DNA of 64,000 bases from Callorhinchus milii (taxonomy: Eukaryota): the NCBI RefSeq assembly GCF_018977255.1, contig NW_024704742.1, positions 45,386,001 to 45,450,000 of the forward strand, in the 5' to 3' direction. The notes below the pieces were generated by a model. That model was not told the DNA's origin. It ran no database searches and saw only the letters and a program-made list of their open reading frames with translations. Position 1 is the first letter of the stretch; the number at the start of each line of letters is the position of its first letter. Positions 40,040 to 53,282 of this stretch are shown here, in pieces. A program made the translations under genes and the position numbers.

Positions 40040-40790
40040 CTGCCGCTCCTGCTCACAAATGCCACGGGCTGTACAGTAAATGAAGCAATCCATAACTGAG
40101 CCATAACCTGACAAATAGCACCATCTCCTGCACTGATTTACTATTCCCCAACACATCTCAAAAATAAAACATGTTCAGAAGAGAAGGGTTGTAAGACAGT
40201 AGATACAGGTCAAACCTAAAGAAGTGTGTGTGTCTCCTGAGAACGGTGCAGTTACATGTCATTTCTTCTGTTGACCATGGCAAACAAGTTGGCCATTGTG
40301 GAAGTGGATCCCTTTCTTTGAGGGATCTCTCTGTGTCTACCAGGCTCCTCACTGGCACGTGGTACAATCTGCTGTCGCCAGCACCCTCACTGCTCCCCTA
40401 ACAGTCAATAATCACTGCGGATTTGATATTTGTCTTTCTGGGACCCTGGAGGTGGAAGCAACTCCTCTCACACATCTGAGGAAAAGCATCCATTACATAC
40501 CAGATGGTTAGACACACAGAACCTTAGCTGATTTACATTGAGTTCCTGGAAGGAGGAAGTGTGCAGAAAGGGCAAAGCAAGGAAATTCTGCTTTGTTTTA
40601 CAGCCACTGGAAGAGTAGTCCTATCCACCGAGTATTCCCTCAAATATTCTACCCCTTTATGGCACAGTTCTACCACAGTCTTAACAGGACAGCCTCAGGC
40701 TCTTCTTACAGAGCACCTCATTGAGATCCGGGTGGATAGTCGGAAGGTTTAGAATCTCTACAGTAGGTATCGTCTTCTGTGGGCATTTGC
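40040..40790 (-). pseudogene. PIF/Harbinger (HARBI1-like, DDE_Tnp_4) transposase fossil
   Basis: Manual minus-strand translation across frameshifts: HRRRY..PDLNEVLCKKSLRLS/KTVVELCH..RTTLPVAVK..SSFQ..ADCT/VPVRS..KKGIHFHNGQLVC..HVTAPFSGDTH. Motif order matches Harbinger LRLS..V.ELC, LPVAVK, GSFQ, IDCTHV, RKGFHS.NVQLVC, PGS.HD. Confidence 0.85.
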
Positions 40791-40914
40791 CTCTCTCTCT
40801 TCTAACATGATGATGACAGAACGATTGTCATCAAAGCCATATCACATAACTTTCCTACCAGGTATTGGGTCAATAATTCTTCAGGGAACAGCCAAGGACC
40901 AAATAAGAATCAAA

Positions 40915-41400
40915 TAAAGATCATAAGATGGGTTTGGATGGAAAAAGGCCTTTTAGTCCATTTGATCTCATCGTTTCAAAATACCTACCCAACTGTCTTC
41001 CCATTATAATAATCCTTGCATTTGATATAGCGCTTTTCACGTCGGGAGGACGTCCCAAAGCGCTTCACAGAATATACTGTAAAGTGAATTGACTGTATAT
41101 TTGTGGGCGAACGCAACAGCCAATTGCGCACAGCAATGTCCCACAAACAATCATAGATTGAAAATGACCAATTTATTATTGTTTTGGGTTTTTTGGAGGG
41201 ATTATTATTAGGCGTGTGGAGTAAGGAAACTTGCCCAAGATTTCGCACTCTGCCTGGAATTGAACTCAGGTCTCTCGCTTGCAAAGCGAGTGCTCTAACC
41301 ACTGAGCTACAGGACATTGAGCTGTTATTTTTAAATCAGTCCAATGTCCTGGCCTCACTATGCTCCCTGGCAATCCGTTCCAGCCAGTAAATAATTAGAT
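40915..41400 (-). mobile_element. CR1-type LINE 3' end, split by a SINE
   Basis: aagatcataaga tail and ccatttgatctcatc; homology to the 33768 copy resumes after 41315 (agtccaatgtcctggcctc). Confidence 0.7.
41004..41315 (-). mobile_element. Young tRNA-derived SINE, near full-length short form
   Basis: Complete body; lacks only the first few 5' nucleotides. Confidence 0.95.
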
Positions 41401-44400
41401 AAATGGCTTGCTTAAATGGTCTGCCAATTAGATACTCCACTTCCCCCTCTTGTATTGTTGAAACCCCAACTAGTACCATGTCAGAAACATCTCTACATCA
41501 GCTGCCTGTGAGCAGAACCAGACAACCCAGAAAAGTTAGACATAAGGGAAAATGCACTAATTGCCCTCCACCAGCAGTTAAGAGGCTTCAGTGTTGGTTT
41601 CAACGACATGAATAATAACAGTGAACTGCTGCTGCACACAATGCAGGGGATCATTCTTGTTGCATTATTCAGAAATAGATCTTGAAAACCTGTGAAATGT
41701 CAAGAGTTTTATTACGTTCAGGAAATATCACCATGTAACTTCTCTGATCATGGCAAACTGTTTGAAAGATTAGAATGGCTACAGTCGGTTATTTTCTATC
41801 AATTTCATTATTCTTAAGGGCATTTCAAATTGAACTTATGAAAATGAACATTTCTAAAATAGTAAAATAAACTGCAGTCTCAGAAAGGTTAACCATTGCT
41901 TCATCAGTGTAAGGTCAGGGGATTGAATTCCGCCTTGATTCAAAGGACATATCTTTCCCTGCTAAAGTAGGAGGATATCATCCATGGTTACGACTTAGTT
42001 TGAAATGTAAATAAAGATGGTTGACTACATCTTGGTGTCTCTGAGAACTCCTGTGTTCTATGCTTTCATACTCCTGCTCAGAGGCAGACTGGAAGGTAAC
42101 ATTTTGTGAGGAGCTGCTCTTCACTATTGTCATACTGTTCTTGTGAAGTGATTTCCAAAAATATTTTGCTTTGTAAGGAGGTAAGTGGTGTCTCCCTGGA
42201 GTTAAACTGGCTCTTAAGGAGACAAGCCATGGGATCCAAAACATGGCTCATCAATGTAAACTGAATATTGCTCAACACGTTTGGTATTTCGGTATCCGTT
42301 AATCAATTTAATTTCCTGATGCGAGCAAATCAATCAACTTATGGGTGTTCAACCAGATACAAAACATTTGCAAATAAGAGTAAGGGACAATTTTAAAATG
42401 TGTTACTAGTGTCCAAAATGTGACATATGATGTGATAATCGTCTCTGGTAATACTTATCACACCAGACAGATTTTTAAAATAGATTTTGTGTTCTGAAAA
42501 ATCTGTTCTACTGACAATTTTGTGAATGAATTTTCCTCTTTCCCACCCCCTCCCACGCCCACCCCACCCATTTCTCCTGACTTCAGGAGAGTAATTTCTC
42601 CTTCCAGGTCAGATATAAATCATAATGTCACAATTTTTGTTTTTGCGAGCGTCAATTGTATAAAAGCTTTATTCTTTAACTTTTAATTTTATGGTGGAAC
42701 CTTCATTTTTGGTTCATTGTACAAAGCAGCATTGAGGCACTTTTCCCATAACCAGGAACAATTCAGGCCTCTCTTCCTTGACAATCCTCCTCATTAAGCG
42801 CAAATAGAAAATGACCACTGTCAAGACGTTTCAGCATAGATTGGGGCTGCCATCATTCAGAAGTTGGAGCTAGGTGTTATTTTAAAACACCTTGAACCTC
42901 ATTCTTTGAACAATAATTGTAACATATTTGGGAATATCACAATTTTCACCCCAATATTTCTGGTAAATATGTACAAATTGAAATATAAGATATCCTTTAT
43001 TTTTGACCATTATATTCCCCAGGATTGCCTGAATGATGCTGGTTTCTTCCTAATAAATAAAAACAATATTTTTGCCTAAATTATAGATTTTCTTTTCAAA
43101 TTTCCAATCGAAGTGTGTGTGGCCTGTTGCAAAACTGACGGTATTTTAATATTCTACATTTACAGCAAATTAAAAGTAATAATATTAAGAAGCATATTGC
43201 AATTTGTTTAATCTTCCATTCACCCACAAACATACAATCAATTCACTTTACAGTATATAAAGTACACTTTACTGCAGGTTGGCAGGCTATTCAATTGTGA
43301 GGAGCTTTGCAGCTTGACCCAATCCTGTCTTCAACCCAATGTCCACCCACACATGCCTCCAGCAATCAATGAATTGTGGTGAAAAACAGCCATTCACTTA
43401 ATATGAGTTGTCTGCAGTTTGATTTTATAGTAGCCACAGGTATACAGACAGACACCTTAACAGAAGTAAAGGTTTACATGTTTGTTGATATTGTACATTT
43501 CCTATGACCTACCAGCATTTAAATTTGCTTCATATACATGATGTGTGGCATTGACAGTGCACATTTATGGGGGCTTTTGCAACATAAACAAGTAGAGGAT
43601 ATGATAAATGGTAGTTGGATATCACATAGTTGCTTTATCAATGACATGTCAGTGTAATAGATTAAAGAGTTGGATTCATTCATCTATTAAAGTGAAGGCA
43701 GAATGAGTAATAGGAGATTATGGACATAACAATATTCTAACATGAAAACAAAGTAAAAGCAGTGAATGAATAATATAATTCAAGGGCTTGTTTGAAGAAT
43801 ATCACAAATAGGTACTAAAATAAACTCATTTTAATATTAATTGTGTTATATGTTATAGCTGCTGTATTTATAAAAAGAACTTTTTTCTTTGTTACAGAAT
43901 TAAAAATACAGCAGCTAGATTTTGTTTTTGAAAATGTGTGGCTTTCCTGTTGTGTTTGGAATCCTTTTATTCAAATCACTAATCTATACATACTGATGAA
44001 CTTATTTTACAACATGTATATTTTCCTTGCTTACTGCAATGCCATGTTTGTGGTGGTGAATATTTAATTCACCCAGCACTTGTCTTCTTGTTAAGGTCCA
44101 CTTGTTACCTGAGGTCATTTAAAGTTAAGACTCAGTCAGCTGTTAAAAAGAAAGAGAAGAGAGATGGTTGCAAGTGTAACATATATTTTCTGAATTAATC
44201 TTGTAAAAAAAGAATGCATTTTGACAGATAGTACTCTTAAACTGATACATAGTGTTGTGCTGATTAGATAGCTCTTTTGGTAATGTAAGAGAATACATAT
44301 GTTTTAAGCCTTGTACAAATGAATACTGTTAGAATTACATATTTAAGATTATTAATGATTTTCATATCAACTCATTAATGGCATTGTGCTTAGCTAGCAG

Positions 44401-44939
44401 AAACAATTTTTTCTTCGAAAATTCCAAATTTGGTTTAATTCTCCAGCCATAGATATAACTGTCTAGAGGAGCACACTGTTGATATAAAAAACTGTAAACC
44501 TGTTAAAAATTGGGTCTAACAGTATAAGGAGAATATTAAGCTGAATATCTATGATGTTCATGGCCATATTGACAAAGTAGTAATTGGCAATTGCTACTGA
44601 CAACAGGTCCAGGTAGACAAGCAGACAGCAAGCTGTTTTGTCAAGCAAGGGAGTGTGCACACAAATGTCATTTGATAATCTTAAAGGAATTCACTATTCA
44701 AGTGGTAAAGTGGACATATCATGAAGTAAACAACAGAAATTGAGTTTGTGAAAGGAATGTCATGGGGGTAATCAGTGACTTTTTAACACAATAACAGATT
44801 TGATCTCACAGTCAATCACTTATCAAAAATCACATTTTTCACACCAATAAAGGATTAGGCCACCAGAAATGACTGTTAACTTTGAAACTGGATGAACACT
44901 AATGTTCTAGTGACCATAGTGTGGTCATATTTGATACAA

Positions 44940-45092
44940 TAATATTAATAATAATTCATAGTGTCTTATTACATTGTAGAACATCTCAATTCACTTTCAC
45001 AGGATTTACGGTAAAGTGTAGTAACTGCTTTTATAGTTGAAATGTGGCAGCCAATTTGCATATAGCAATGTCCCACAAACAGCCATGAAGCA
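44940..45092 (-). mobile_element. SINE 3' half, diverged
   Basis: ggcagccaatttgcatatagcaatgtcccacaaacagcc. Confidence 0.7.
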
Positions 45093-45154
45093 AAAATTGT
45101 AATTATAGTGAAGGCTAAGGCAATATTTGCGTAAGTCATATTTTAAATGAATAT

Positions 45155-45457
45155 GTGGAGTCCTGCAGCTCAGTGAGTAGAGCACTCGCCTCACAAGCGA
45201 GAGACCTGGGTTTGATTCCCGGCAGGGCAAAACCTTGGGCAAGTTTCCTTACTCCGCACGCCTGATAATAATCCCTCAAGAAAAAAACAACAATAAATTG
45301 GTCACTTCAATTCACGACTGTTTGTGGGCCACTGCTGTGTGCAATTGGCTGCCGCGTTTCACCCACCAATGTACACAATTCACTTAACAGTATGTTCTGT
45401 GAAGCAGTTTGAGATGTGAAAAGCACGATATGAAATGCAAGGATTATTATTATTATT
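45155..45457 (+). mobile_element. Young tRNA-derived SINE, full-length short form
   Basis: gtggagtcctgcagctcagtg head, B-box-like gggtttgattcc and (ATT)n tail. Confidence 0.95.
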
Positions 45458-45784
45458 AAATAAACATTCATGATTTTGATCGAGAATATTAGGGCTGAGG
45501 GAAAGTGAGTGTGAAGCTTACCAAGATAATGAAAAAGGTGTTTTTGATTGAAACAAAGTCATGACTGTGGTTCTGTATTGTAACATAATTTTAAATGCAA
45601 ACAAGGAAGATGGTTAAACACTCAATAGTGCCTTTCAGTCATCTCTCATTTCTATTAAAATGATGCAGAACGGCTAGTTAGAGGTGATCTGAGGGCAGAC
45701 ATTTTATGTAAAACACCACTGATGTGACATCAAACCATTCTAGTTCAATTAAATCAGGAATGAAAAGTGCTGCTTAGAGCATAA

Positions 45785-46460
45785 CAAATCACAAGATCAT
45801 GAAAGTGTTGGATGAAGAAGATCCTTTGGCCAATTTGATCTCATCTTTCCAAAATGTTCACTGTTCCATTTAAGAGAGAAGTAAATAATTATTTGGGGAG
45901 GACAGGTTTGCAGGGCTACTGGGAGAGAGCGGGTGAGTGGGATTGAATTGGATAGCTCTTTTCAAAGAGCTGGCACAGACACGATGGGCCGAATGCCTCT
46001 TTCTGTGCTGTAAAATTCTATGATTCTATGATTGTTCCTTTACAATATTGAGCTGCTTCTTAAATTCTTAAGTCCAGCGCCCTGGCCTCGATGATCTATT
46101 CTCGTAACCTAATTCTAGTTCTTAATTAACCCTCTGGGTAAAGAAATACTTCTATTTTATGCCCTGGAATGCCCTTTCCTACTCTGGATCTATGACATTT
46201 TCTCTTGACCAGAGCCCTGTACATCTTGAGTATGACTTCTCGGGATGTGAATGCAACTGATTTGACAATGTAGTTCAAGATCCTTTTTGCAGTATCTATT
46301 GCTGTCTTACACTCACCCGATGAGCAATGAGTCAACTCACACCCCTAGATCTCTTTCAGCTTCCTTCTAAGCAAATTCCATCCCATCTTATAGAGTAAAT
46401 GTATCTCCTATTTTACTTTATGTGCACTACCTGGAATTTATCTTTATTGAACTTTATATT
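45785..46460 (-). mobile_element. CR1 LINE 3' portion containing a + strand CR1 3' UTR piece (about 45895-46033)
   Basis: ORF piece CKTAIDTAKRILNYIVKSVAFTSREVILKMYRALV is a CR1 RT C-terminus. The nested piece ends ttctatgattctatgatt. Confidence 0.8.
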
Positions 46461-46673
46461 TAACATAATGTAGTTGTACAGGCTGGAAAGTCAATTAGAG
46501 CTTCAAAAATACAACCAGCAAAAAACACCCTTAGTTAGCTGTCAACTGTATTCTTCCCAGGTAGCCATTTTAAAAAAAAATAATTTCAGCTCTAAAACTG
46601 TCAACGAAGCATGTGCTCTATGATAACAATATAATAAAATTCACATTTATATAGTGTTTTTCACATTGGGAGG

Positions 46674-46857
46674 ATAATAATAATCCTTGCATATTGCCTT
46701 AGCACAGCGTTGAAACATCTCAAAGTGCTTCACAGAATATATTGCCAAGTGGGTTGACTGTATATTTGTGGGCAAAACGCAGCAACCAATTGCACACAGC
46801 AGTGTCCCACAAACAGTCGTGGATTGAGTGACTACGTTTTTTTTGAGGGGTTATTAG
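46674..46857 (-). mobile_element. SINE 3' half
   Basis: aataatccttgc..gtgtcccacaaacagtcgtggattg. Confidence 0.85.
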
Positions 46858-48097
46858 CTCAAATTGATAAAAATAAAAAGGATGCCTGAAAGCGCTTTAC
46901 GCAGCTGACTGGGAAGTTATAACATTTTTCTCAAATCTAAAAATGAAATTACCGCAAATATTTTTATTCTTTAGTTTTTAGAATTAAGACAGTGTCCTGT
47001 TAAGTGGTGCTGAAACACCATGTTCCATCGGCAGCAATAGAACTGATAATGACAGAAAGCTTTTAGTTATCTTCAGGCAATATCATTGTTACAAAGTCAG
47101 GGGAAGGGTTTTCAACCAACTGATAATTATTAAACAGTATGACTGCAAATTTTGGCTATGTTCTAATCCATGTATCGCATTTTTAGACCAATGTTTCATA
47201 AAACAAACCGAGAATGTTTTACATTTTTTCTTTTTACTTGGACATTTTTAAACATTCCATAACAATATTGTATTTAGGGATTTTATGATAAAACATAGGT
47301 TGTATTATTAAATTGGTCATTTGCCTTTAATAATTCAGCTATTGAAGCATGTATCTCAAGTTAATCATACATTGCTTCAGGCTCCAGACTTGTTCCATCC
47401 AGCAGAATGTACAATCAATTGTATGGATGTGTTTGAAACATGCACAGTGTTTATGAAGGGTGAGGATTCAATTTGTCATACATGCAAGAATACTAAATCA
47501 CAGATAGAGATGCAAACATCAAAGCTATTTCTTGACTGTAACCAGCTCTCAACTCTTTCCAATGGATGCTAAAGGATTAAGCAGTTGTCATTGAAATAAT
47601 TGTGATATTTCTAGTATGACAACAGTATTGTTAGCTATGCATCACAACAATTATTGTTTGAAAAGGCCAGTTATGCTGTAGTTTCTGTGTTAATATGATA
47701 ACAATTTTCCTATTGTGTTGACAGAGACTGCAGTACAGTGGAAGTTGCAATCCGGTGTTTGGCACAGATGTATCTAACACTACATGGGCTTTACAACTGC
47801 TGTTGCAAACTTAGAACTATAGAGATTTACTGCACAGAAGAAGGCCATTCAGCCCATCGTGTTTGTGTTGGCTCTCTTAAGAGCAATCCTTTCAGTCCCA
47901 GTTTCTGGTCCTTCACACATATTCCTACAGTTTACTCCTTATTAGATATTTATCTATGGATCAACTTGAAACTCTTCTTAAGCTATATTTGTACACTTTG
48001 TTATATCAAAGTTACATCTGTCTTCTGGACCACCTATATATGGATTCAACGTATGTTCATGAGGGAGAAAGGATTTGAGATATATTGGTGATAAGAG

Positions 48098-48471
48098 TAT
48101 AATAATAATCTTTGCCTTTGATATAGCGCTTTATCATGTCTTTGAGACGTTTCAAAGTACTTCACAGACACTGCAAAGTGAATTAACTGTGTAATTTAAT
48201 GGCAGAATGCGGAAGTGAATTGTGCACAGCAGTGTCCCACGAACAGTCGTGGATTGAGAGACCAAATTATTGTTATTTTATTTTTGAGGAATTATTATCC
48301 CTGGAAAAACAATTTGCCAATTGACTAACAACCAGGTTCATACTTACTTCTAGGTAAACAGAGGCGTGTGGAGTAACAAACTTGCCCAATGTTTCGCCCT
48401 GGCCAGGAATTGAACCCAGGTTCTCTCGCTTGTGAGGCAAGTGTTTTAACCACTGAACTACAGGATTCCAC
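48098..48471 (-). mobile_element. tRNA-derived SINE, full-length long form
   Basis: Head, extra block ctaacaaccaggttcatacttacttctaggtaaacagaggcg, and tail. Confidence 0.92.
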
Positions 48472-51400
48472 AATAAGGGATGGGAGCTCCTGTGTGGTAC
48501 AAACACCGACATGGATTATGACTTATTTCTGTGTTGTATTGATGTATGTACCACTATGTAAGAAAGTCCTAACCTCACACTAAAATGTTCTATCAATAGG
48601 CCATTCATAGGAATTCACTTGTCAAAGGCCACAAATGTCACAAGGCGCTATTTGGAAACATGAGAACAGTAATACACCATTCAATGCATCAAGCCTACTC
48701 CACCATTTAATTAGATCATTGCAGCTCTTTAAGTTTCTTAATCCCTCCTCTTTCTCCATATCCCTTAATTCCCCTCAATTCCCAGGTTGTTCTTTTAAAT
48801 GTCTTATTCAGTTTTGCATGAATGGCCTTTCACATTCTCACATCCCTTCAATGCGTGGAATTGTTTTCTGGTTTCACATTTGGTTTAGCTTTAATTATAC
48901 CTTCTTATTTGGAATTTGTTTTTCAGATGGAAGAGTCATTCTCTGTCTATTTTATCAATATGATTTTAAACATCCCAAATCAAATCAACTTCTCCTCATA
49001 GCTAAGTTCCTCCCTCCCTTCCTTCCTCCCTCCTACTCTGATGATTGTCTTTTTGACTTCAGGCCAGTAGTACAAATTTGTTCTCCAGTGCCTTGGGATG
49101 TTCTCCCGATATGAAAGCCACTATACAAATGTAATTTGTTGTTGTTGTTGTTCTAAAGATTTACACTCCCAATATACACTGGCTTATACTGGTATAAACC
49201 AAGATTGACCATGTAACAATGCTTGCAATTGCAAGCTATAACTAGAAATTGCAATTTTTTAAAAGAAAAAATCCATTATAAATGTCACTTTTTGATTCAA
49301 GTAAACATGAATCCTATCCATCCATCTGTGGAACAGGGCAGCTTTCACAGCTACAGTGAAAATAACCCAAAATAAATACATATATACATGTCTGTATGGA
49401 AATAAATGTGTTTAATATAGCTATTCTGTAATACGCAATTCTGCTAACTTAATTTCAAAGAATTGCATAAAATGATACAGAACAGAAACAGGCTATTCAA
49501 TCAATTTGTGCCAGTATTAATACTCCACACAAGTCTCCACCCTTCGTACTCTCCTCTCCTATATATCTCTATTCATTCTCCTGATGAATATATCTGGTTT
49601 CCTCTTAAATATGTTGATGCTTTTTGTTTCAATCACAGCTTCTGGCAATGAGTTCCACATTCTTACCAGTTTAATAAATTTACCGACCTTATACAGGTCT
49701 CTGTGTCCTTGTAATTAGGAAATCGTATGATAAGCATAGGTGAGATTCGTAACTTCACCATTTAATAGCAGTAAACATTGCAGTTGCTCAGACTTTAGAT
49801 TGATGCAAAATACAATAGTTTACTTATTTATTGTCACTTACTGCAAACAGGTATCAACCTTTCTGATGTATATACAATCCCAGAAGGATTTCTTCTGTAA
49901 TACTAAAACTTTTTTCCACTGACTTCGGCAAAGCTCTTTTTAATTAAAGGAACACTGAGTACTTGCTGATGAAGGGTTAACGGTTCTGATTCCCTGTCAC
50001 GATGTATCAGTAACAGGATAATCAATGGCATGAGGCCAAATCCATTAATGCTATTCTACTGATGACATTGAGGGATGTGATGCTAAAAATAAAATATGAT
50101 CACATTTTTTTGCTGTGTATTAGAACATTATCTTCATAAACAGAAGGTATGTTGAGCCTTTTGAATAAATTATTCTGACACATTACCAAGGTTATTATAG
50201 TTTGAAGTGGTGCTTGGTATGAATTAACCCTTCAAATGTGTATCCTAAGTTCCAGTGGAAAGTGCAAGAGATGTGTGCACACCGTTGGGATAGAAAGGAA
50301 CAAACTTCGTACAATGATTGTGTAACCGTATGAGATTGTGTTTGCCATAGATAAGGGAACCACATGTGATCTGGAGTTCATGCACATATACTATTTCGTC
50401 GGTGAATGTTATTTATCTTTGAGGTTTTATGGAGCTGATGCTTTCCTCAGGGAAAGAGAAGAAACATCATATACTCTCTTGCAATTCTTAACATTCAAGA
50501 CTTGGACGAGTTGCATGGAGAAACAACATTGTGCTCTTCAAAATTATCCTTGTCCATCCTCCAAAGCATAGCCAAAGCCACTACAAAACAAATAAACAGT
50601 AAAATAATTTGTGCTGGTGAACACAATATACCGTAAGCAAGGAATTAAATTAAATACAGTGGTTCTGAGTATCCTGATTGAAAATGTTGCATTAACAAAT
50701 TAGTGGTTGGCAACAGAATAGGTGTGTAAAGATGCGATATAGAGGATATTTTAAAATGTGCCTGTGCTATCATACATTTCTACATATGTATGGGCAAACA
50801 CATTCAGATACATTTTGCAGTATTTCTTAAGTGATCTGAGTGGGGATTCCTTCCAGTAACTAGACATAATAACAAATATTCTATTAATTTTAAGGAACCC
50901 TGAAAATAGATCAAATTGTAATCAATTCGCTAATTCTTTAAGTTAGAAATCAAAAAATGTTGTTAAGGAATACTGCACATAAGCAAACAGAAAGCGAATT
51001 CTGGTAACCGACTGAATTTGCTGAAAATCTGGCAATAGTATAGCTCAATTCATAGAAGCATCACAGAAATAACTTAAATGAGTCCTTTTGTTGCCTTTGG
51101 CTTGCAGCTTCCACGTGGTCATAAGGAGGTAAAGAAAAAGTTCATTAGAATTCTGTTGCTGTACAAACTGAAGTATTCTAAGCGTTTGCAAAGTGAATCA
51201 CTTATTGAAATGCAGCACATGACCTGAAGATTTGCAGCAAAGAGATGAGCTTGATGTTCCTTTAACTATTTTTAGTACGATGTTTTTGAATAATTTTGCT
51301 CAGACATAAGAATACCTAAAGATCAGTGCTGAAATACTCATAACCTTGACTTACAGTTCACATAAAGCTTTATAATACCAGTGTGTAATAGTACCACTTT

Positions 51401-51561
51401 CTGCTCATAGTCAGTGGAAACATGTAGAGAGCCATGGCTCTGCTCCCGAAGTTCACAGTGCTGAAATAAACAGGATGCCTTTGTAGATTGGATAATTTAA
51501 ATTGAAAAATGTAGTTTCAGGCAGGAACTATTACTTATCTTAATAATTGTCTTAATAAATG

Positions 51562-51844
51562 CAATATTCCTTGTATTTGATATAACGCCTTATCACATCT
51601 TTGAGACGTCTCAAAGCGCTTCACAGGATATTCTGCAAAGTGTAGTGACTGTATATTTTGTGGGTAAAACTTGGCAGCTAATTGCGCTCAGCGGTGTCCC
51701 ACAAACAGTCGTGGAGTGAGTGACAACATTTTTTTAAAAAAGGGATTTTTATCCCCAGAAAGTGATCCGCCAATCGACTAAACAGAGGTAACGGTAAATA
51801 GAGGCATGTGGAGAAAGGAAACTTGCCTAACGTTTCACCCTGCC
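51562..51844 (-). mobile_element. tRNA-derived SINE, long form, lacking most of the head
   Basis: Partial extra block (caatcgactaa..ggtaaatagaggc); stops at tttcaccctgcc. Confidence 0.85.
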
Positions 51845-52555
51845 TTCGTTCTTCTGTTTCCACCCATACAATGTTACAAAAGATTACTTCATGCTAATTT
51901 TGGTCATACAAAATAATAAAAATGTCACTTTTGAAATGTTTTGCGGCTTTTTGTTCTATAATGGACAAAAGACTGAAGTCAGTTACAATATAATTCACAT
52001 TTACATAGCGCCTTTCACGCTGGGAGGGTGTCTCAAAGAATTTGTGAGACATATAGTTTACTGTATTACAAAGCGAGGTTCTTGTTTTCTCTCAGTCAAA
52101 ATAAATGTTACGATTCCAAAACATCCACACAAAATTTGTTTTGATTTAACAATGAGATTAGCATTCATTAGCAACCCTGTGCTTGGCAGCAATCTATGAA
52201 GATGTTAATTTAAAGTATTCTATGATCATTCAGTTACTTAGGAAGGGGAAAATTGCAATTTCATGAGTTAGCCTCAGATGGGTCATTTATTAGCGTGAAA
52301 CACACATTTGATTAACACGATTGAGCATGATGGCACTGACAGAAATAGCAGGCATTGAAAAACATTTTGTTCAGTGCACTAGTGACTTGATTGTTTAGAT
52401 AGGAGGTAAAAGGAAACCATTCTTCCTGCTTGTTTATATGCGCTTTTAGCACACTTAACAAATTAGATGGTGCAATGAATAGAACTCATATAGTTGCCAC
52501 AGTCAGAGAGACAGCACAACTTACATAGCTAGTTCACTGTATTGAACAAAACTCT

Positions 52556-52750
52556 ACAGCAGGCATTTGCAACACAGGTGGCACTGTTGGTACAATTGTA
52601 AAGCAGGCATAGGTGACACAGATGACACTGTTGGCAAAATTGGCACAGATGGCACAACTGAGAACTTTATAACAGATGGGAAATTTGGCATGGTTGACAA
52701 AGCAGGTCTGGCTGGGAAAATTTCCACAGATGGTATAATTGGCACTGGGA
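52556..52750. repeat. Degenerate 9-bp-period minisatellite (GGCACNNNT-like)
   Basis: ggcactgtt/ggtacaatt ... gacactgtt/ggcaaaatt/ggcacagat/ggcacaact ... ggtataatt/ggcactggg. Confidence 0.7.
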
Positions 52751-52954
52751 GAATCACTTGGTTAAATGTGACATCGTGGACCTACAAAAGTATGCAGTCT
52801 CCTATAAAACACTGCTTGATTAATTGTAGCTTGCTGTCTTTTTGGTTTTAATGGAAAGTTGCTCTAACCTGCTTCAGTAGATAATCACAAAAATACACTG
52901 TTGCCATCTTTTCAGCATACGTGAAATGAAAACAGTGTTGTGCATTGCAAAGAA

Positions 52955-53282
52955 AGGACTTGCATTATTACAGTGCTTTGTATTTAGAAATGTTTCAATG
53001 TACTTTACATTAAATACTAGCACGTGGTCAGCACTGCAGCCATTTTGCGCACAGCAAGATTCAACAAAGAGCCATGTGGTGAATGATTAACTCATTTAGA
53101 GAATTGTTAGCCAGAACAGCAGTATAAACTTGCTTCTCTTTTCAAATGATATCAAAGATCATTAATATTCATCTGCAAACAGGTAAACAGAATTTAACAA
53201 TTCATCAGAAAGATGATACCTCCAACAATGCAGCACTCACCCAATACTGCTCTGGAATGTCACCTAGACTATGAATTCAAAT
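52955..53282 (-). mobile_element. Older DeuSINE, degraded
   Basis: gcagccattttgcgcacagcaagat and acctccaacaatgcagcactc..aatactgc. Confidence 0.7.

Noticed and set aside
40985..41390. Recurring similar small ORFs (also 6098, 21529, 45006, 48273, 63048) as a peptide family
   Set aside because: All are translations of the same SINE; the similarity reflects the repeat, not coding selection.
46992..47014. REST/RE1 site (also half-site ttcagcacc near 8234)
   Set aside because: Only the left half matches; the right half is degenerate and the spacing is non-canonical.
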